From positions 23,059 through 87,058 of the forward strand of contig FLMG01003853.1 of the NCBI GenBank assembly GCA_900088475.1: DNA of 64,000 nucleotides, written 5' to 3'. Made by a program: the position numbers and the translations under genes. How positions within the stretch are numbered: the first letter of the stretch is position 1; each line of letters opens with the position of its first letter. Below the pieces are notes generated by a model. The model was not told where the DNA came from. It searched no databases and was given only the letters and a program-made list of their open reading frames with translations. Shown piece by piece: positions 28,301 to 40,900 of the stretch. This DNA is from Hyphochytrium catenoides (Eukaryota > Protista > Hyphochytriomycota).

Positions 28301-31300
28301 AAACCAGAAGTGTACACAACAGTATATAGATGGTAGTCAATTTCAGTGGCAGGATACACTAGACAGTAATAAAAGGGTGAGAAAACGTCAAGAAGGAGAG
28401 GTTCCACTATGAGAGTAATCGCATCATTTAGATAGATAACTGAGATGTACCTTTTCCTCTTGCAGCGCAGCAATTTTATCGTCATAGGACCTCAGCCGAT
28501 CCATCCAATCCTAGCGGAGGAGGGAAAGTCAGTATCTCATCTCAATTGTGAGACTACTTCTAGCAGAGCCCTTTCACAATGGAAAGGGTAAAGTCGCCCC
28601 AGATACAGGGCATAGAACTGAACGCTGAAGACACGGTCGCCTCACCTCTTCTTTCTTGAGTAGTGTATTGATGCTGTCATCTTTCTCTTGTATGTTTGAT
28701 AGAAGGAGGTGCTTCTCCTCCCTTTCTTTTCGTAATTCTTCCTCCAAGGACTCTAAGTTTCTGAAACATAGGGGATTTATCACATATGTGCCATAGACAA
28801 ATCCGTGCATCAGAATTGGTTCTAAGCTCAGAGGTTAGCGGCGCCTCGTCGCTTCTTGGCTTCAAGTTACCTATTAGCCGCTTCCAGCCGTTCCTCTAGC
28901 TGGTCGCGCGCTGCTTCTGACACCTCTAGCTTCTTAGTCAGCCCTGTCTCGCTCTCCTCTAACTTGAGTGTAGTCAACCTCAGAGTTTCACATCGTTTCA
29001 AAGCTGAGCTAAGTTGGGCCTACAAATGTTCGAGCCCAGGTGAGTCAGCTGAAGGGCGATATGACTGGATGCGAGAACACTAAGTGTTTCGCAATCAGTG
29101 AGTACTGGCAGTGCTTGTGATGACAGCAAGAGTCACACTTAAGGTTGCGGAAACTGCAGCCAGCTTGAGGAGGCGCATTGAATAGCGATTTCACCGCATT
29201 GCGCCTAAGCAGAAAAATCACACAGAGTAAAGATAGCTCCAAGTAGCGACTAGTACATCGAAGTGGTTACTAATACTTTAGAGGAGTAGAGGAAGGTCTC
29301 CGTCTCAAGGCAGGGAGATGACAAATTAATGACCAATCCAGGCGAAGTATTCAAAAATGCAACTTCTTCAAATTGCAATCACCTCTAGTCTTTCAGCAGC
29401 TTGTCTGTGCACCCTTTCTCCATTCTGCAAATCAAGTAACTGATCCTCTAGTTCTTTCTGCTGAATCTCCATCTTTGAACGCTCCTCTGCCCATGCTGAT
29501 TGGTGCTGTCCAAGCAACTCCTCTGAGAGCTGAATTGCATCCAAAAAGTATTATGTGAGAATCCCGAAGGGAGAAAGAGGTAAACGCACGAGCAGAGGGC
29601 CGGCTCATGGACAGAGAAGTACAGGAAACACTATTGTTGCAACTCTCGCCAAAGTGTTGCCGTCTTAGGCCCCCAGCAGTCCCACCAATAGTGTCAACAT
29701 TGTCGTCTCCTATTGTTCTCAGTTGCAGCTAGGCTCAGTCCATCAAGTATGCATCTGGGCACATCTTACCTTCAATTGCCTCTGTAGAATATCGTCCTTG
29801 GACAGGGGGCTGCCGTTTGTCGCCGTCATGGATTGGTCCCCAGTATCTGAGACCTAGACGATCGGGCGAGTCAGTCAGCCTGGACTTCCCAAGCTCACCC
29901 TTATATCACGTGCCCAACGTGACCGCTGTCTCATTCTTGGCATGTCCCCTTGACATATGCTTTAACCGGGAATATAGCGGAGAATCACAACTAGTCTTCT
30001 CTCACCTCCTTAACCAGGTCTTGGAGTTTGAGTTGGTGTTGCAGGTCTAGTATCTGTGCACGCTGCTGTGTGTGTGCTTTTTCCATCTCTGCTGTGAATC
30101 TATTTCGCTCAGCGTGAGAAAAAACGAGTTAAGGTGCATGAATGATGAGCGTCGAAGAACACCATGAGCCATACGAGAAAGAGAGAAGTGAGCGGAAAAG
30201 TGGTTGAAAGAGTCAGTTCTCGCTAAACGCTCCAGTATGGGGTTGGAGAACATCCGTCGCAAGGGAGAGCAACAATAGTACAATGTGGCGCAAGAGGGAT
30301 GGAGCAAAAAGCACAGTTATCAGAACTAAGCAAGGGGTCAAGGTCTCTCAAGGCTCCCAATGCCCATGTCTAGACTGTAATAGAACCAAAGTAGAGCAGA
30401 GATCCACGAGAAGGGGATCTTGATAAAGTGTGAGGTGGATATGAACAACGCTCGCTTGATATCCCTCAATGCTGCGTCCCTGCCTTCCTCTTTCTTCCGC
30501 CACAACTTCAATAGCTTCTTCCCGTCGACAACATTATCATTTCCTCTATCTGAGACGAGGACCCAAGAAAGAAGTTCAACAAACCATAAAAGCTTTTGGA
30601 ATCTGAGAAAGATGTTGGTTCACCGTCATCAGCCTGTAAGAGAGTAGAAAGAAATGATGCCTTTGGTTCAAGAGCGAAGAGACCGACCTTCAACCTTCCC
30701 ATCCTCTTGTTCTTCCTCCTTTCGATCCATTGCCTCCCTCTTCTCCTCCAATTCCGATCCTTCATCTAGCTGGACTGTCTTACGGATTCGTGGAACCTCT
30801 TCAATGCCCAACGTCTGCTTAGCGAAGTCTTCCAGGACTTCTAGGTCAAGGTGGACTGCAGCTCGTCGGGCGCTCTCTTCAAGCAACTGGGCACGAAGGA
30901 TCTTGTTCTGCTCATGGAGGTTCACGGTTGATTCGTACAAGTCCTACGCAAGCAAAGAATAAGGTTATCAAAAGCCTGCTGCGGAGGTAAAGAAGAAAAG
31001 ACAGAGATATGGAGACATAGAGGAGAGGGAGGCCAAGGGAAAGAGAGAGAGAAGCCAGGCAGAAAGAGACAGAGAACGAGAGAGAAACACAAAGGAATAG
31101 GAACATAGAGAGGAACCGGTAGGAGAAATTGAACAGAAGGGATCACAGGCGTATAACGAGAGGAACAGAGAAACAAGGGATGACGAAATGGGAGACTGAG
31201 GAAGAAGCGCGGGTCGATGGGTTTGTGTAGATGGTAAAGTTAAGAGGGAGGAAGGTACGATGAGATGGACCATCGGGACTAACTCGCCTGGTAGGAGAGT

Positions 31301-31557
31301 TGATCAAGCCCGTCACTGCTGATCGGCCCATTCTCTGTTGCATCTCTGCGTCCAGCGGTGGCTGTAGCCGAGCTTCCTGCCTGGGCCCCATCTGAAGCTG
31401 AGTGCTTCAAGAAACTGAGGCCCTTCAGCCCTTTACTGATGCCTCCGGAGAGGTCAACGGAGCTTGCCGCTGAAGAGACGGAGGAGGAGGCTACAGACGA
31501 CACTTGAGAAGCAAGCTTCTTCGAGGCCGTAAGACCCTTCTCGAAGTAGTTGCTCAT
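25353..31557 (-). CDS. GRIP-domain golgin-like coiled-coil protein (about 20 exons; includes two GC-AG introns and one AT-AC intron)
   Basis: E/K/L/Q-rich heptad exons ending in the GRIP motif GVNMEYLKNIVFQ|YMTLP..LEPVLTTLLEFSPEE; start MSNYFEKG at 31557, stop TGA at 25353-25355. Confidence 0.85.
30114..30442 (-). other. U12-type (minor) AT-AC intron in the GRIP golgin gene
   Basis: Donor TTC|ATATCCACC, branch site CACCTTAAC (30136-30128), acceptor TTTCTCAC|GCT; phase 0 join gives ..RDIKRALF|AERNRFTAEMEK... Confidence 0.82.
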
Positions 31558-32762
31558 CCTGCCCTATCCGCCTTGGTCGGCTCTATCCGCACACGCCCAT
31601 GAAGATTACTCTTGCTGCCACTAGAGCACAAATCGTCCAAGACATAACCTGCAAGAGACCATGTGTTGCTGCGCTTATTGCTGGAGATTATATGTGCTGA
31701 GAGAGGCTTCGCACTTCGTGAAGGTGTGACCTACGCCTCGTTGAAAGACGATGATGGAGCTTGATAGGAGCAAGCTCTCGGTCCCTTCAGCAGCGTCGCG
31801 CATCTCTTCAACTCTTGTCCGAAGTAGTCTTTCTGCTGCAGTTCTTGACCCCATAGAGTTCTACTACTCCACTGTGCTTCTGATGAATCTTTGAGCTACA
31901 GTACAATAACCTAGGTACAGTATTTTTATAGATGGATGTCTGTCTTGCATTGAAACTTGCTATTCATTGTCGCATGGCTTTTTCAGAGCTTCAAGTTCCA
32001 CAACCAGGAGCGTCCTGTCCGTCAAGACCGCTCTTCTTCATGTTTCTTTTGGTGAGATGTGGCTCGCAGTTTGCTATGGTGATCACTAGGAAATAGTGCG
32101 TAGCAAGGAAGGAGGAGAGGACCTTCGCTCCCCTAATAGTGCTTAGTCTGGGAAGATGAAAGGGACGCCATCCGGTTGGGTCAACTCTATAAGGCGCCAA
32201 GCACCGCTGAGTGAAGTGAATAGGAGTGATGCGATGATATTGCAAGAGGGATATGAGATGGGAGGTCAACTTTGTCACGTCAAAGCGTAGAGGATGAGGA
32301 AGGTTGGGATGAGACGCGTGAACCAAGGGCAGACTAGATAAGAAGTGATTTTCTGAAGGGGAAGACGGCAATGCTTGAAGAGATGACAGTTCAAGAGACA
32401 TGTGCCATCGGCTGGGAGTTAAAGCGCAAAAGGGAACTCTCTGATGGAGTTAGACGTGTTCCTGCGCATTGACTATCTGCAGCAAGACTGCGATGGGCAG
32501 AAGGTCCCGACAATGGAAGAAGGGCCATCTACCGGCTAGAAAACTTGGCAGAAGCGCTAGGACCGCCTTATGTATGCCGGAGACGGTGAATAAATATACT
32601 AGGAGTTTGCACCTTGATAGTTAGTGGGTCCACTATCGTCACAAACGAATAGATAAACGGGCCTTGGGACGAAGAAGTGGCCATCGCTGATGAATGACAG
32701 GATGCCTCTGAGCATAAGGAGCAACGTGCTATCGCTGCAAGGTGAAGAGGCGTCATATGGTA

Positions 32763-35700
32763 CTAGAAGCTCAACTTTCGTCGGTGCACGTGGTTGATAG
32801 GAGAGAAGCGAAGGCGACTCAATCCTTCTGCACCTCGAGGGGCTGCCTGATCCAATCTGGGAATCATGTCTAAGTTCTCTAAAGATTGTCGAGCCTTTGC
32901 TTGAGAGTGACTTGGAGACCCTCTCTTGGCCTTCAGTGTTGCAGCAGAGGGAGAAAAAGCAGCAACTGCTTGAGAGAATGAGAGATTTTTCACCAGACTA
33001 GCTAGACCTAGATGGATAGCTGTGACGACCACGTATATGAGGTAGATTTTTCTCGAGACCAGATTGAAAGACTGCGCCTTGCTCATGAATAGCAGTGAGA
33101 ACTCCCCAAGCTGGAGAGAGAATTGAAAGAGAAAATGGGCCACGTAAGACGTTGGGAGCAAGAATGCCACACGATGCACCTTGAATTGAAGGAGACAGAC
33201 AACAGAGAATTTCTTCTAAATGCGTTGGAAGCCGCATGAAGAGTGCAAAGCCCAGCGATGTTTCAAGAAGGGATCAAGCCTTATAACTGCTTTACCTGGG
33301 ATAGAGTCACGGCTCCCTGCATCGCATCCTGTGAAGATGAATGGAAGAACCTAAGGACGCCATAAGACACTAGCACCTTTATTACCCAGAGCTGGACTGC
33401 TAAGACTGATATCTGCAACAGATGTGTCCAGACAAAGTACTGGAGGAACAGAGCAATGATGTCAGTCAACTTGCCTGCCACAAGGCCCACCCTAGCATCG
33501 TGTAAGCTCCATCATAAGAAGCAATGAAGCACCGGTTAAGAAGCGCGAAGAGGAAGCCAGAAAGCAACAGCTTCAATCGGTGGGCTTGACGACAGTTAAG
33601 GCCCCAAAATTATGGAGGGGAAAGAGGCAGGTTTATAAGAGATTAGGCAAGAGCATCTCAAAGTAACACGCCCCCGAAGAAGGCAGCAGCGCTAATGAGT
33701 TTCTACAATTCAGGGTTCCATTACCGGGCTGAGGATCATACCAATCGATGCAAAGTACATCGAGCCAAAGAGATGGTCCAGCGGGCCAACAAGCTCCGCC
33801 ATGATTCTGCAATAGCGTGGCCGCATGAAGGCCAGCCCAGCGAAGAACGCGCCTGCCTCCAAGGAAAGCCCGAGCAGCTACCCAGCAAGTATGATAAAAA
33901 AAAACCATCAAATTCAGTAAAGGAGGGCACGCCAGCAGAAAGTATAGCTCATCTAATACACTGAGCGGCCCTCGCGCTTAAACTTCTCCCAACTTCTACT
34001 GTTACTTTCCCCTTGTTTTCCTTTACTGGCTTGACATCCCTCCTGATCCAGCCCACATTGAGTCCGTACCTCTGTCAGCAGAGCCACGCTGAGGCAAGTG
34101 CTAATCATCCCTAATAGGACAACAGATTTTTCACTACTCTCGTCTCCGTCATCATCTTCATTTTCCTTCGGAGCTTCTCCAGATACCAGCTCAAACATTC
34201 GTGGTATGATATAGTGGGTAAGGGTCCATAACACACTAAACACTGACAGATACGACAGGATAGCCTGCGTTCAGGACTTATTAGTCAATTGTGATAGGAC
34301 AGAGAGCCCACAGTAATGCTTCTCAGACGCAGAGTGGTACAACGAAGTCAAGTGTAGGTCCAACCAGGTAGGAGCTTCATTTTATAGGTGACAGCTAAAA
34401 GAGATAAATACGTCCTGCCATAAAGGAGATCTGAGAGAGAGAGAGTAGGGCAAGTAAAGTGGCCGGGTCTCGAGCATAGTAGTAAACTAAGTACCTTCAG
34501 TGACTGCAGCCAGAAGAGAGAAGCAGACTCAGCAGCAAGAATGGCTGGGGCTGCCATAATAAGCCCCATTGTCAGGTCCTGCACAGCTACTATATGCCGG
34601 AGAAGGGCCAAGAAGGGCGATGGAGAGACGTGGCGCTCTTGGAGGAACTCTAAGTGTTAAAGGTGAGAAAGAAGACGAAGCATTGAACAAAGTATTTAGC
34701 CACCTGCACTTAGCTCAAGAACTCGTTTTGAGGAAGCGAAGCAGGAAAAGAGATAAAGAGATAGTAAGACACATCAGCCATTGCCCGCCTGTTGTGTACA
34801 AATGCGATAACCCAAAAGAATTGGAAACCCAGGAATCGCCTGTCTTACCGATGGCTAACCTTGTGGAGGACAGAGCGGAGGAGACACCCAATAAATAGCC
34901 TTCAAGAAGTGAACCGACTAGCCCGCAAAGAAAGAAGGAGAAGGTCGTCAGGATCATGGTTCCTAGAACTGTTCCTCCTCCCCCTATGAGGTATTGAGGT
35001 TCCACCTCTAGGCGGCTTTTCACCGTGAATGTGGAGCCATGGGCTAGGGTAGGAGGGGAGAGAGAATCAGCATGTGATGATAGAGAACTCAAACGAGTTT
35101 ACGGAAAGACAGGATGAACTCACCAAAGAGGACAAAGAGACTCCCAAAAAGAGAGACTGTTTCCACCTATGAGGACGGAAGAACATAGAAACGCGGTTTA
35201 ACCAGTGCCCTCCCTCGACTTGAACACCAAAACGGTGGAATGGCCAGGACCTTGATGCTAGTCCCCTCCACTTTCTCCGCCTCACACCATTCTTTTCCTC
35301 TCTAGGTCATCACAGCCCAGATCAGTTCCACATGCCTCCCCACTATTATTGTAAATATATGCTATTGGCCGAGGACGATAGGGTTGCTTGTGCTCGATGG
35401 GATCTTTCTCAACTTCTTCACTCTCACCCTACCCTATCACCTTTCGTCCCTTTGTGCACATCCTTCGGTGGCTCCCGGATATGGAAGGTCCTTACCTTCT
35501 GGAACTGCTTGACGATAAAAAGGCCAGAAGGTCCAACAATAGATCCCGCCACAATGTACCCAAATGCAGGCGGCAGACGGCAATAAGAAGACAACAGACC
35601 TCCAAAAGCAGCAGCAACGATGAGAACAGCAATCTCCCATAGGAGTGGGAGGTCGTGGTGTAGGACCTACATGAAGGCAATGGAAGAGATTACAAGTCAA

Positions 35701-36918
35701 AGAAGCGAAGTCCAACATAGGTTACGCGAGAGCTAACCATTTTAAAGCGCAAACTGAGGACTGCTGAGGTTCCAGAACCAGAGGTTTGCGCTCGGGAAGT
35801 GACAGATGAAGCCACAAACTGAATAAAAGGTACTCACAGCAGGGTCAGCTTCTTGTCTTATTTCCTGTAGCTTCTCGAGCTCCTCTGCTGGAAGGTCGGC
35901 TCCATCCTGGCAAGAACAAAGAGGTCGACATCGTGAGCATGCGCCTTGGAACAGCAAAAGCGTAAGACTAATCCGCTGGGAAAGGGAAGCTCCAGCGTTC
36001 TCACTCCTCCAGGGTATGCTTTCACCGTGCTAGACCATCCTCTAAGCCTGACATACCAAGATGTCTCCAGTCTCAAAGTCTAGAACTCCTTGTAGTCCTT
36101 CCTTTCTAAGTTGTTGAACATGTTCTTCAATATGATGTTTCTTTAAGTGCTCCTCCAACGATGAGATCAGCTCTTGGCGCACACTCTCTTCCTCCTCTAC
36201 GTTTTCCAGGCCTTGAATGCTATCAGTTATATTCAGGACAACTTGGGACAAACTCTCTCTCATCTGTTGGAGATATGCCGCAATTTTCTCGACCTGATCG
36301 TTGCTTTTTTCTATGGCAAGCTGAGTGAGAGGGGCGAAAGTATGGAAGGTAGAAGATCTCCTACTTTTTGTTCGCGTGCCTTTGCCTTTAGCCTTCGTTC
36401 CCTTCTCACCGACCGGAGGTTCAGAAGCCTCAATGTTCTGCAGTCTGGCCAATTGTAACTCCAGCTAAGGGCCAAGAGGAAGAGATCATCAGAGAAGGTA
36501 CACTTTTGAAGGGCGAACCAGGACAGACAGAGAACTTGCGTCACTAAATGCGTCCGCATGTGTGTAGTCCTAGGTACTGCCCACATGAAACGAGATCTAA
36601 CATCGAGTAAGGTCATGGTAATTCCTGTAGCGCATCATACGCCACGGTCTGTTCACTTCTTACATTCTTTTTGATGTCGTTCAAGCGTTCCTGGACCTCG
36701 TCCACCTCGGGCGGTCTCGGTCCATTGGAGGTTGGGGTGCCGTCATGATCCGCTATCGCAGACGTTACCTCGGCCTCTCTTTGCTCGACTCCTTCCGAGC
36801 CGCTAGGGATAAGAGCTACATCCTCCTGATGTGGCACGTGGGATATGCCGGCATTGACAACGCATCCGACAAAAATAAAAAGCACGAGGGAGAAAAGGCT
36901 ATGCCTTGAGGAGGCCAT
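32763..36918 (-). CDS. CPA2-family K+/H+ antiporter (KEA4-6/TMCO3-like) with signal peptide and N-terminal coiled coil (about 10 exons)
   Basis: DPA|VLHHDLPLL..FGYIVAGSIVGPSGL, ALSST, AVQDL, LGLSLEAGAFFAGL, FASIGMILSP and LSQ|LGEFSLL. Confidence 0.88.
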
Positions 36919-37932
36919 GGGCCTCAAAGATGTTCTCTTGTTCCTCTGTTGACGACAACCTTGAACAGCACTAATTCGACGTGAGCACGGTGCACGTGCA
37001 GCAGGGACAGTCTTGCCGAAGGGCAAACGCTGAGCGCATAATGGCTGATGAACAAGAACGGATGGTGAACAACCCAGGGAAGAACCGAGGTTCCGGACCA
37101 AGATAAGTCGAGCTATGTCCCTGCAACTTGCTACTGGCCTATCGGTCTTGTCGTCCACTAGCCTGGAGATCCAGAGATGGATCTATTGAGATAAAAAGAG
37201 AGCTTTATTGAGAGCTTCATCCACTTCCTCTCCAGATGCTGTCAACGTGCTGCCGCTTCACCTTCCTACGGAGGTAAATTCACAATCCATTGGTCCAAAN
37301 NNNNNNNNNNNNNNNNNNNNNNNAACAGAACAGTTTCTTCTGCTTCCCTTCCCCTAATAATAACAGCGACCTCAAGGATGACGAGCCAGAGACAGATGGG
37401 CCCAAGAAAGAGTAGAGAAAAGCCTGTCATATGTATGGAAGAGAAGCCACCTAAAAGAAGCAAGCACGTGAACGAGAGACGGCAGCCGTAGCACAGAGAA
37501 AGGAAAGAAGGAGGCACGATGATGGCGGAGAACGGGTGGAAAGCATTGAGATCAAAGATCACACGCTGGACTGAGCTGCATCGAGGCCACAAGAGCTCCG
37601 GAGGACTGCAGCCGGCCACTCCTTTACAAAGACGTATGAGCAGCGCTTTATCATTATCCTGCCAGCCCCTTGGCTTTGCTTCGACTGCTAGTACTGACAC
37701 CAAATGAAAGAGCTACCATGCTCTCTCAATGTGCAGCATACTTCCGCACTAACAAGAGCACCTCCGAGAGGCAAGGTACTGCTGAATAGACCAGAGTTTA
37801 CAAGCTTGGAAAGGTCTTACTGAAGATCAATCCCATATGCGCACAGCCCCATGCGTCGTTAGCAATTCTCTGTTCCGAGAGTGTGCGGCCTTCATGATCT
37901 AGTTATATAGCTATTCCTTCAGAGAAGTTACG

Positions 37933-40900
37933 ATGTCAACCTGCAACAGACTCATCGACTACTTTGTAGTAGTAGGATTGCCAGAGACTGATGAAAGTAA
38001 GTGATCGCGGAATTCTTTACTGACTCTGCTTTAGAGCTGTCAGCGGCTTCCTGCATAGTACTGATCTTCATTGCTTGGCTGTGCTCACTTGTGCCTGGTC
38101 TGTAGGTTGCTCAGAATCAAATCTCTCCAGGCCGGTTGCGGTGGTCACAGATCGGTTCCCGTTGAATGACCATCCTGACTTCGCTCTCCCACTTGCAGTC
38201 CCACTGGTAAGTACGCTTCTCTTAATCGGACGCTATACCGTCGTTGTGATTAAGAGAGCCTGACGGGCAATAGTCAGACAAACATTCGCTATCCCTGGTT
38301 CTGCTGTGATATCTCTTCCTAGTTTTGACCGTGAAGTCGCCAGCTCTAATTCTAGCCTAGTTCTCCGAGGCATGTGGTATTCTCTTTTCACTGCCACCGA
38401 CTGCCTTCTGCCATTTCGTCTCATGGCTTTGGCTCAGAGCTTCATCCCATAATCACTTTGCTCTGTGACTACATCTCACGTTATCTAATCTCTGCTGAAC
38501 TCGTTGTCTGTTTCATTCTCAACACCGCTTCGATAGTTCTGTCTACCAGAGGGGGTGGAAGTGCCGGAAGGTACGGAAGTCGTCCCTTCGTTTTTTTCTT
38601 TCTCTCTCACAAGCGGTGACGGGACACGTGCCTATGGGTCCGCCCTTAGATTCTATGAAGAATATTATGAAGGTAAGGAAAGCTAACATCAATTATGGGC
38701 ATGGGAGAAGCATAATTTGCTCTTTATAACTTGGTGGTGTCGTTTCGACCTCTTCCATTATAACTGACCTTTTCAGAGCATCTCTTACTTACCGTTACTC
38801 TCGTTAATCTATCTTGCTAGTCCTAAAGCTTGTCCTGGGTGTTGCTGAGTCTTACCTTACATTTGATGTGGGGGTACTCTTAAGGAGTTTCCCTGCTGAA
38901 TTTAACCTCTCTGGGTTGTCCCAGATGGTGCCCCAGATTCGAGTTCCACATGGTCCAACAGCGAGCCACCGAAGAAGCTTCTGGTGCCGAAAGTGCTTTG
39001 CCTGTTGTCGCACTTCCCTTTCTTCACTTTGCACAAGGCTTTTCTCAGGTTGACCGTTTCCTTACCTTTAAATTCTCCATACTCAGGTTCCGCCTTGTTC
39101 CGGGGACGGAATTGGAGGTCTAATCAGACTAATGTGACACTCGACGCTGCTTCCTATCTTGTTATCAGCGGTCATTTCCTCAATAGCTTTCTCCACCGCT
39201 CTCTTCATCACGTCAAAAGTGTTCCGCCTCGTAGGCGTAGAGTTTATATGGTCCTCTCTACAGCTGACAGCCAAGCGTCGTTCCTTAATTATCTTCTTCT
39301 CGCAACGCTGGCCATATCCCTTTACTGGGGTCACCCGGTGGCTCTCTATTGAATTCTTATTTACGTTGCCTTTACTCTCCCCAGAGAGCTCTTTGAGTAC
39401 ACTGTTGGCACAAAACCTCTGGCAACGTCCAACCTGCATCTGCGACAAGACCTTGCGTCTCAGATTAGGCGGCTTTCCCTGGTCCAGAAGTGGGCTGTGA
39501 AAGAGAGGTAAGCTTCTATATCTTGAACAAATCGTGCCTCTCCTCATCAGAGTCTCTCAGATGTTGCTTTCTCGATGGCTATTATACCCGCAAGACTCTA
39601 ACTCAACCTGCATTCAGCCACAGGCTACCAAGTGGGTGTGCGGTGGAGAGGGAGCAGCTGCTGGCAAAGTACTCGCGTGCTCTCTCACCTGATTTTGACC
39701 AGCAACCACGGAGATATACGGATGACCACGTAAGAAAGAAGAAAATTCCTCGAAGTAGTTAAATTAGGAGTGGACTAGTGCCTTACCGTTCACTTTTCGG
39801 ATTTAAAGACGAGAGATAGAGGCCCTGCTTATCTTGCGAAGGTGCCTTTGGAAGTCTACTTGGAGCAATTTGTCCGTAGGATCTCCCTTCCCCCTCCAGG
39901 TTACTCTTTGGAGCTTGATATTTTTGGTCAGCGAAAAGTGACAGTGCAGCGAAGCAACAGAGCAGGGCTACCCCAGTTGGATGATGAGTGCTTCAGGTCA
40001 TAAACGTTACCTTACTGTGGCCGCCGGCTCAAGTAGTGGCCGTTCACTTTCTCTGCATGTTCGGTTCTCTCAGATCTTTTACACTTTCGAGGGAGAGAAG
40101 ACTTTCTTGGTGTTTTGTATCCATAGCAACTTTTCCAATGGGATGCATTGTTAGGAATCATGGTTGTGGTTGCGAGCAGTCATCAAGGGGAGCCCCGTCA
40201 TCTCTCACAATAGATACCTCCTTAGTTTCCCTTGCCTGCCTTTGACCTCAATCTTGCACTAACGTCACTGCCCTTCACGCAAATCTCTATAGGGTACTCT
40301 TCCAATGTCTATCTATTCCGCACATCGTGGAGATCTTTCACTGTCTTCTCTTAGAGCAGCGCATTTTAGTTCATTCCATGCAGCTGAGTGCGCTGACGGC
40401 GGCGTGTGAGGCTCTAACAGCCCTTATGTTCCCTTTCTGCTGGCAACATGTCTACATCCCTCTCTTACCACTTCAACTGATTGAATATCTGCAGGTAAGG
40501 TTGTACTTTGTTAGATTGTAGGAACCCTGACCCTATCCTCTTCACTTGATCTCGCATATCGTACATTGACCATCGAATCTTCCATTGGCGTCGGGTCAAC
40601 TCAGGCTCCTATGCCCTTTGTCATGGGCATCCATACGAGCTGTCTCTCGACGCGAGAGGGCACTGAATGCTTTTCGTCATGTGTAATCGTGCATCTGGAT
40701 ATGGATAAGGTGCGTTCTCCTACGTTCGTTCGGACTTCTAACCTGATCTTCGTCCGGTGCTTTCGCTATTGTAACCTGAGTCGGTGTGTCAGGAGCAATC
40801 AAAGCTTGCACGCTTTCATTTCGTCCTCATTTGTCGAGTACCCTGCCCCGAAATATAACGTCTCTCATTGTAGGTGGTACGACCGATGGATCTAACACTT

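Noticed and set aside
30550-30584. Possible 35-nt micro-intron in the golgin gene
   Set aside because: An alternative ~80-nt GT-AG intron upstream gives an open frame without it; this cannot be resolved without RNA data.
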